From Salinivirgaceae bacterium (GTDB taxonomy: Bacteria; Bacteroidota; Bacteroidia; Bacteroidales; SZUA-534), in NCBI GenBank assembly GCA_024405635.1, contig JAKSOL010000013.1:1-64000 (forward strand): 64,000 nucleotides of DNA, in the 5' to 3' direction. Every line of letters starts with the position of its first letter. The first letter of the stretch is position 1. A model generated the notes under the pieces. That model ran no database searches and was not told the origin of the DNA. It worked only from the letters and a program-made list of their open reading frames with translations. Of the stretch, positions 57,770 to 64,000 are shown piece after piece. The position numbers and the translations under genes are program-made.

Positions 57770-58082
57770 TTTTTACCAATAATGCGCTAATTTAGAGCAT
57801 TTAAACGGTTTTTTGCCGAACTAAATACCGCTCAAACCATGCAGTTATCAACCATATAAAAAACTGAATATTTGGTTGTTACAGAGATTTATCAATAAAG
57901 CAAAAAGATTGTATCAATTGCCACAACTTAATTTTTGTATCAATAAATTCTCAAAACATTTGATGCAGTTTCTGTACAAAAGCTTCAGTAAACCAAACAA
58001 GGTTCACAAACACAGATATAGCTCTGATTAACAAGCAAATACAGGGTTAAATAATAAAACATTAACCATCATAATTAATAAT

Positions 58083-58090
58083 TACTTTTG
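58083..58090 (+). promoter_or_regulatory. -7 element for mltG
   Basis: TACTTTTG. Confidence 0.6.
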
Positions 58091-58107
58091 CCGCACTTAA
58101 AATTGGA

Positions 58108-59214
58108 ATGACAGTGGCAACCAAAGGAAAAACAAAGCCAAAAGGCACAAAGAAACACTCTGGCAAAAAAGGTCGAAAGAGCACAATTAAAGTAGTTGTT
58201 TTAATTGCGCTTGTTGCATTAGTTGCAGGTTCTGCATGGCTATACAAAAGATACACCGACTTTAACGGTGCAAATATTAACCTACAAGGACGCCAAACCG
58301 CTTACATTCACATTCCCAAAAATGCAAAGTTCAACGATGTTGTTAAACTGCTGACTGACAGCGCTTTTGTTACCAATATAGAATCGTTTAAATGGGTTGC
58401 CGATTTAAAAAAATACCCAACTAAAGTAAAACCAGGACGGTATAAAATTCGCAACGGCATGAGCAACAATCAGTTGATAGATATTTTACGTAGCGGAAAA
58501 CAAGAAACAATACGCATCACCATTAACAAATTCAGGTCGCTTAAATCATTAGCTGATTTGGTAGGTTCAAAAATAGAAGCCAAGCCTAACGAAATATACA
58601 AACTACTGATTGACAACAACTTTCTTCAACAATATGGGTTAAATAAAGAAACTGCATACGCTCTTTTCATTCCAGACACATATTACTTTGAATGGGGAAC
58701 GTCGGCCGAAGAGTTTTTGGCGCGAATGAACACCGAACGCAATAAATTTTGGAACGAGCAACGTACAAGCAAAGCTCAAAATGCACAAATGAGTCCTGTT
58801 GAAGTTTATATTTTGGCATCGATTGTTGAAGAAGAAACAAACAAAGACAGCGAAAAGCCCGATGTTGCTGGTGTTTACGTAAACCGACTTCACCGCGGAA
58901 TGCCACTTCAAGCCGACCCAACTGTTAAATTTGCACTCAACAACTTTGAGATAAAACGAATACTAAACAAGCATTTGCAAACCAACAGCCCATACAACAC
59001 TTACAAAAATAAAGGTCTGCCACCCGGACCAATATGCACACCGTCGAAAACTACAATTGACGCCGTACTTAACTACAACAAACACAAGTACTTATACTTT
59101 TGTGCAAAAGACGATTTTTCGGGATATCATACGTTTGCAAACACGCTGATTGAGCATAACAAGAATGCCGAAAAATACCGCAAAGCATTGAACAAAAGGA
59201 AAATATACAAATAG
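58108..59214 (+). CDS. mltG: Endolytic murein transglycosylase MltG
   Basis: N-terminal TM, PDTY, LASIVEEET, LQADPT, SPYNTY, GLPPGPI, YLYF. Confidence 0.93.
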   Translation: MTVATKGKTKPKGTKKHSGKKGRKSTIKVVVLIALVALVAGSAWLYKRYTDFNGANINLQGRQTAYIHIPKNAKFNDVVKLLTDSAFVTNIESFKWVADLKKYPTKVKPGRYKIRNGMSNNQLIDILRSGKQETIRITINKFRSLKSLADLVGSKIEAKPNEIYKLLIDNNFLQQYGLNKETAYALFIPDTYYFEWGTSAEEFLARMNTERNKFWNEQRTSKAQNAQMSPVEVYILASIVEEETNKDSEKPDVAGVYVNRLHRGMPLQADPTVKFALNNFEIKRILNKHLQTNSPYNTYKNKGLPPGPICTPSKTTIDAVLNYNKHKYLYFCAKDDFSGYHTFANTLIEHNKNAEKYRKALNKRKIYK

Positions 59215-59250
59215 CGGTTTTCATTTACGGCCAACACAAACAGCATTTTT

Positions 59251-59264
59251 TGCATAAAAATTCA
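59251..59264. promoter_or_regulatory. Putative ArgR operator (ARG box)
   Basis: TGCATAAAAATTCA fits TGMATWWWWATKCA upstream of the arg operon. Confidence 0.55.
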
Positions 59265-59432
59265 CACTTCGGCAAATTCGGCACTCATACGTTTTTAATC
59301 CGATTGTGACTTGAAAAAGCACATCAAAACAATAGTTTCAAAAGCAATCATCACTTATAATCCTTACAAATAAAGGATTTCAGGCTTTTTTCAAAATAAG
59401 AAAAAGGCAAGTTAACGTATTGAATAAAACCC

Positions 59433-59480
59433 TAAATTTGCGGCTCAAAAATGTAAAACCAAAAAAGGAATAAATATTCA
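59433..59480 (+). promoter_or_regulatory. arg operon -7 element and second ARG box
   Basis: TAAATTTG (59433-59440); GGAATAAATATTCA (59467-59480). Confidence 0.6.
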
Positions 59481-59513
59481 ATATATACTAACATTTAGAA
59501 TATAGATAAAGAA

Positions 59514-60194
59514 ATGAGTGAATTTAACATTGTTGTGGCTTCAGAAGAGCACATTAAGTATGTTGACGAGATTTTGGAAACAATTGCAGCAGCTGCCAAA
59601 GTACGCGGCACAGGCATAGCAAAACGCAATCCCGAATACGTAAAACAAAAAATGGCCGAAGGCAAAGCAGTTATAGCTCTTCATGGTGAAGAACAAGAAT
59701 TTGCTGGTTTTAGTTACATTGAAACATGGGATAACAAGCAATATGTTACCACTTCGGGCTTAATTGTGAAAGATAAATTTCGTGGAATGGGACTATCGCG
59801 ACTTATTAAGCACATGACATTTTCACTTGCTCGCCGACGTTGGCCTGAGGCTAAAATATTCAGCCTAACGAGTGGTGCTGCGGTAATGAAACTTAACACT
59901 CAACACGGTTACAAGCCTGTTACATTTGCTCAACTTACCAACGATGAGGCTTTTTGGCATGGTTGCGAGGGCTGCATCAACTTCGACGTTTTGCAACGCA
60001 CTGGCCGCCGTTACTGCATCTGCACTGGCATGCTTTTCGACCCAAAAGACGACGACTGCGTAGCTATTGCACAAAAAGAACTTGACTTAGACCCAAAATG
60101 CAAAGCAACAATGGATCAAATGTTTGGCAAATTGCCTAACGACAAAGCAGGAAAAAACATCATCACTAAATTGAAATCAATAATTAAAAAATAA
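59514..60194 (+). CDS. GNAT acetyltransferase of Bacteroidota arg operons (probable N-acylglutamate synthase)
   Basis: AKVRGTGIAKR, SGLIV..FRGMGL, FWHGCEGC, CICTGM; directly upstream of argG. Confidence 0.75.
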   Translation: MSEFNIVVASEEHIKYVDEILETIAAAAKVRGTGIAKRNPEYVKQKMAEGKAVIALHGEEQEFAGFSYIETWDNKQYVTTSGLIVKDKFRGMGLSRLIKHMTFSLARRRWPEAKIFSLTSGAAVMKLNTQHGYKPVTFAQLTNDEAFWHGCEGCINFDVLQRTGRRYCICTGMLFDPKDDDCVAIAQKELDLDPKCKATMDQMFGKLPNDKAGKNIITKLKSIIKK

Positions 60195-60199
60195 AGAAT

Positions 60200-61405
60200 A
60201 TGGAACAGAAAAAGAAAGTAGTAGTTGCATTCAGCGGTGGTCTTGACACATCGTACACTGTAATGTATCTTGCAAAAGAAAAAGGTTATGAGGTTTACGC
60301 AGCTTGCGCCAACACTGGCGGTTTTAGCGCTGAACAACTAAAAACTAACGAAGAGAATGCTTACAAACTTGGCGCTACCAAATATGTTACTCTAGACGTT
60401 ACAAAAGAATACTACGAAAAGAGTTTGAAATATATGGTTTACGGAAACGTATTGCGTAACAACTGCTACCCTATTTCGGTTAGTTCAGAGCGCATTTTCC
60501 AAGCCATTGCCATTGCTCGTTATGCTAAAGAAATTGGCGCTAGTGCCATTGCTCACGGATCAACTGGCGCAGGCAACGACCAAATTCGATTCGACATGAC
60601 TTTCCTTGTTATGGCTCCTGGTGTTGAAATTATCACCCTTACCCGCGACAGCAACCTTAGCCGCCAAGAGGAGGTTGATTACTTGAACAAAAACGGTTTC
60701 TTTGCCGACTTTACAAAACTTAAATACTCGTACAACGTTGGTATTTGGGGAACTTCAATCTGCGGTGGCGAGATTCTTGACTCAAAACAAGGCTTGCCAG
60801 AATCGGCTTACTTAAAACACCCAGTTAAAGAAGGGCCAGAGTTGCTTAAACTTGGTTTCGAAAAAGGTGAACTTTCGTCGGTTAACGGCAAAAAATACGA
60901 CGACAAAATTGCTGCTATTCAAGCTGTTGAAGAAATTGGCGCAGCATACGGCATAGGTCGCGATTGCCACGTTGGCGACACCATTATTGGCATTAAGGGC
61001 CGCGTTGGTTTTGAGGCTGCTGCTCCTATGCTTATCATTGGTGCTCACCGTTTCCTTGAAAAATACACCTTGTCGAAATGGCAACAATATTGGAAAGACC
61101 AAGTTTCAAACTGGTATGGAATGTTCCTTCACGAGAGCCAATATCTTGAGCCTGTTATGCCCGATATTGAAGCTATGCTTGCAAGCAGCCAACGCAACGT
61201 AACTGGCGAAGTTACTCTTGAACTTCGTCCTCTTGGTTTCCAAACCGTGGGCGTTGACTCTCCAAACGACCTTGTAAAGAACAAACTTGGCGAATATGGC
61301 GAGACAGCAAAAGCTTGGACTTCAGACGACGCAAAGGGCTTTATAAAAGTTACCTCAACCGCATTGCGCGCTTACTATTTGGCGCACCCAGACGAAAGAA
61401 AATAG
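60200..61405 (+). CDS. argG: Argininosuccinate synthase
   Basis: AFSGGLDTS, HGSTGAGNDQIRFD, GIKGRVGFEA. Confidence 0.95.
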   Translation: MEQKKKVVVAFSGGLDTSYTVMYLAKEKGYEVYAACANTGGFSAEQLKTNEENAYKLGATKYVTLDVTKEYYEKSLKYMVYGNVLRNNCYPISVSSERIFQAIAIARYAKEIGASAIAHGSTGAGNDQIRFDMTFLVMAPGVEIITLTRDSNLSRQEEVDYLNKNGFFADFTKLKYSYNVGIWGTSICGGEILDSKQGLPESAYLKHPVKEGPELLKLGFEKGELSSVNGKKYDDKIAAIQAVEEIGAAYGIGRDCHVGDTIIGIKGRVGFEAAAPMLIIGAHRFLEKYTLSKWQQYWKDQVSNWYGMFLHESQYLEPVMPDIEAMLASSQRNVTGEVTLELRPLGFQTVGVDSPNDLVKNKLGEYGETAKAWTSDDAKGFIKVTSTALRAYYLAHPDERK

Positions 61406-61440
61406 AAAAAGTTGTAAGTTTTTTTAGACAATACAAAACT

Positions 61441-61626
61441 ATGACACAACCAAAAAGACTTGTCAAATCGCAAAGCCGAGTTATATGCGGCGTTTGCGGC
61501 GGGCTATCCGAATATTTGAACTTAGACCCTGTTATTATGCGCATTCTATGGATTTTATTCGCCATTTTAGGGGGTTCTGGAATTTTAGTTTATCTAATTT
61601 TTGCACTTGTAATGCCTAACAAATAA
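61441..61626 (+). CDS. PspC-domain small membrane protein
   Basis: KRLVKS..RVICGVCGGLSEYL..DP..MR...YLIFALVMP; true start ATG 61441. Confidence 0.85.
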   Translation: MTQPKRLVKSQSRVICGVCGGLSEYLNLDPVIMRILWILFAILGGSGILVYLIFALVMPNK

Positions 61627-62663
61627 TGATACGAGTTGGAATACTTGGCGCTGCAGGATATACTGGTGGAGAACTGCTTCGCATTTTAATTAACCACCCA
61701 CAAGTTGAAATTGTTTTTGCAAACAGCGAGTCAAACGCAGGCAACAGCGTGAGCGATGTTCACGAAGGTTTGATTGGCGAGACAGACCTAAAGTTCTCGG
61801 CCGAAATGACTTTTGACCAAGTAGATGTTGTTTTCTTCTGCTTTGGCCACGGTAAAAGCGAGGCTTTTCTAAAGGAGCACACAATTCCTGATAATGTGAA
61901 GATTATTGACCTTGCTCAAGATTTTCGCATTGCTGCACCAACCCACGACTATGTTTATGGTTTGCCAGAAATACACAAAGAGCAAATTGCTAAATGCCAA
62001 CATTTGGCCAACCCGGGTTGCTTTGCCACCTGCGTTCAACTTGGATTGTTGCCTCTAGCAAAAGCCGGTTTGCTTAAACACGATGTGGCTGTAAATGCCA
62101 TTACAGGATCAACGGGCGCGGGACAAAAACCATCAGCAACAACACACTTCTCGTGGCGCAACAACAACATGAGCATCTACAAAGTGTTTACCCACCAACA
62201 CTTGCACGAGATTTGCCAAACAATGAACGAACTACGCCCTAGCAACGCTCCTGCAGTAATCGACACATTGGTTGCTCAACCTGCAAACGACGACATCACC
62301 ATCGACTTTATTCCTTATCGTGGCGATTTTGCCCGCGGCATCTTCTGCACCGAGGTTGTAAAATTCGATGGCGAAGAAGGCAGCGCAACCAACCCAACTG
62401 CCGAGCAATTGGCCAACATGTACAAGTCGTTTTATGCCGATGCCGCATTCACTTTCTACAGCGACAAAGAAATTGACCTTAAGCAAGTGGTAAACACCAA
62501 CAAAGCCCTTGTACACATTGACAAATTCGGCAACAAAGCCGTCATTACTTCAATGATTGACAACTTGCTAAAAGGCGCAGTTGGACAAGCAGTACAAAAC
62601 ATGAACATCATGTTTGGCATTGACGAAAAAACTGGATTGGGACTAAAAGCAACAGCGTTTTAA
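61626..62663 (+). CDS. argC: N-acetyl-gamma-glutamyl-phosphate reductase
   Basis: GAAGYTGGELLR, YGLPE, ANPGCFAT, TGSTGAG, DNLLKGAVGQAVQNMN. Confidence 0.95.
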   Translation: MIRVGILGAAGYTGGELLRILINHPQVEIVFANSESNAGNSVSDVHEGLIGETDLKFSAEMTFDQVDVVFFCFGHGKSEAFLKEHTIPDNVKIIDLAQDFRIAAPTHDYVYGLPEIHKEQIAKCQHLANPGCFATCVQLGLLPLAKAGLLKHDVAVNAITGSTGAGQKPSATTHFSWRNNNMSIYKVFTHQHLHEICQTMNELRPSNAPAVIDTLVAQPANDDITIDFIPYRGDFARGIFCTEVVKFDGEEGSATNPTAEQLANMYKSFYADAAFTFYSDKEIDLKQVVNTNKALVHIDKFGNKAVITSMIDNLLKGAVGQAVQNMNIMFGIDEKTGLGLKATAF

Positions 62664-62691
62664 TAATGTTTAATGTTTAATGATTAATAAC
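62664..62691 (+). repeat. Left heptamer array TAATGTT-TAATGTT-TAATGAT-TAATAAC
   Basis: Read directly; starts immediately after the argC stop. Confidence 0.85.
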
Positions 62692-62693
62692 GC

Positions 62694-63059
62694 ATGGGGG
62701 CTAATGTGCTGAAGGAAAAAAGTTTTTCGTTCGCTATAAGAATCACTAAACTGAATCGGTTTCTTATAGAAGAGAAAAACGAATATGTTCTTTCAAAACA
62801 GATTCTACGGTCTGGCACATCAATCGGCGCTATGGTGCGTGAAGCCGAATTCAGCGAAAGTAAAAGCGACTTTGTTCACAAAATGGCTATTGCCCAAAAA
62901 GAAACAAACGAAACTATTTATTGGATTGATCTTTTGGCATCTGTCAATTACATTGACGAAAACTTAAAAGAAAGTTTACAAACCGATGCCACTGAACTTA
63001 TGAAAATAATAACCGCTAGCATAAAAACGGCCAAAAACTCATTAAACATTAAACACTAA
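62694..63059 (+). CDS. Four-helix-bundle protein (TIGR02436/23S-IVS-protein-like)
   Basis: KSFSFA, LSKQILRSGTSIGAMVREA, SKSDFVHK..IAQKE..ET.YW. Confidence 0.9.
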   Translation: MGANVLKEKSFSFAIRITKLNRFLIEEKNEYVLSKQILRSGTSIGAMVREAEFSESKSDFVHKMAIAQKETNETIYWIDLLASVNYIDENLKESLQTDATELMKIITASIKTAKNSLNIKH

Positions 63060-63081
63060 TCTTTAATCATTTATCATTATC
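63039..63081 (+). repeat. Right heptamer array (CATTAAA x2, CACTAAT, CTTTAAT, CATTTAT, CATTATC), inverted relative to the left array
   Basis: 63039-63058 matches the reverse complement of 62664-62683 at 19 of 20 nt. Confidence 0.85.
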
Positions 63082-63082
63082 T

Positions 63083-64000
63083 ATGGATTTATTCAACGTT
63101 TACTCACTGTTTCCTGTTGAGATTGTAAAAGGCAAAGGTTGCCATGTATGGGACAATAACGGAACAGAATATCTTGACCTTTATGGTGGTCATGCCGTAA
63201 TTTCGGTTGGCCATGCACATCCTAAATATGTAAAGGCTATAAGCGAGCAAGTTGCAACTTTGGGCTTCTACTCAAACTCTGTAATCAACAACTTGCAAAA
63301 GAAATTTGCCGAAAGACTTGGCAAGATATGTGGATACGACGACTATTCGCTTTTCCTTATCAACTCGGGCGCCGAGGCCAACGAAAACGCACTTAAACTT
63401 GCATCGTTCCACAACAATCGCAACAAAGTATTGGCTTTCAAGCACTCGTTTCATGGACGCACCTCGGCAGCCGTAAAGGTTACCGACATTCCAAAATACA
63501 TTGCACCAGTAAACGAAGGTCTTGAGGTTACTTTTGTTGAACTAAACGATGTTGAAAGCGTTCGCACCGAATTGCAAAAAGGCATCTACTCTTCTGTTAT
63601 AATAGAAGGTATTCAAGGCGTTGGTGGCATCCAATTGCCAACCGACCAATTCTTGCGCGACCTTCGCGAAGAGTGCACAAAAACCGGAACAGTACTCATT
63701 CTCGACGAAATTCAATCAGGATACGGCCGAAGCGGAAAATTCTTCGCTCACCAATATAGCGGCATCAAAGCCGATATTATAACCGTAGCTAAAGGCATCT
63801 GCAATGGTTTGCCAATGGCTGGAATGATTATCAGCCCAATGTTTGCTCCTGTTGTTGGTCAACTTGGAACTACATTTGGTGGCAACCACCTTGCTTGCGC
63901 TGGTGCCATTGCTGTTCTCGACATTATTGAAGAGGACAAATTGGTTGAAAATGCCGCAAAGGTTGGCGAGTATCTTATTTCGGAACTGAAAAAGATTGAC
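63083..64000 (+). CDS. argD: Acetylornithine aminotransferase (truncated by window end)
   Basis: Manual translation MDLFNVYSLFP..., YLDLYGGHAV, NSGAEANENA, FHGRT, DEIQSGYGRSG, AKG, TTFGGNHLAC; not in the ORF track. Confidence 0.92.
   Translation, partial: MDLFNVYSLFPVEIVKGKGCHVWDNNGTEYLDLYGGHAVISVGHAHPKYVKAISEQVATLGFYSNSVINNLQKKFAERLGKICGYDDYSLFLINSGAEANENALKLASFHNNRNKVLAFKHSFHGRTSAAVKVTDIPKYIAPVNEGLEVTFVELNDVESVRTELQKGIYSSVIIEGIQGVGGIQLPTDQFLRDLREECTKTGTVLILDEIQSGYGRSGKFFAHQYSGIKADIITVAKGICNGLPMAGMIISPMFAPVVGQLGTTFGGNHLACAGAIAVLDIIEEDKLVENAAKVGEYLISELKKID

Noticed and set aside
59355-59379. AATCCTT...AAGGATT inverted repeat upstream of the arg promoter
   Set aside because: Short and AT-rich with no adjacent U-tract; insufficient evidence for function
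61315-61440. N-terminal extension of the PspC ORF in the ORF track
   Set aside because: Overlaps argG; the domain begins at ATG 61441
961-63454. Numerous 60-180 aa antisense or alternate-frame ORFs in the ORF track
   Set aside because: Nested within well-supported genes and lacking motifs; treated as shadow ORFs

Overview
Core-chromosome window of an AT-rich, probably anaerobic Bacteroidota (Bacteroidales-like) bacterium. The assignment rests on many TAnnTTTG promoter elements, T9SS cargo proteins, NrdD/NrdG and a Bacteroides-type arg operon. It holds about 46 CDS: amino-acid, nucleotide and lipid housekeeping genes, RNA-modification enzymes, a Kgp-like C25 protease, four TPR membrane sensors and two SiaC-like genes. 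I found no rRNA, tRNA, CRISPR array or prophage. Main observations: (1) an unannotated 23-aa Lys-rich leader peptide with a mutually exclusive antiterminator/terminator upstream of lysC-lysA, a candidate lysine transcription attenuator; (2) a DPP-IV/PepD/MFSD1-like transporter operon suggesting a dipeptide import pathway; (3) a four-helix-bundle gene bracketed by inverted heptamer repeats inside the arg operon; (4) a structured ~180-nt nrdD leader; (5) a TPR-PP2C phosphatase paired with a TPR pseudo-histidine kinase, plus two orphan SiaC genes; (6) a probable IS end interrupting a T9SS gene at the left edge. All family assignments come from motif recognition by eye, not from database searches.
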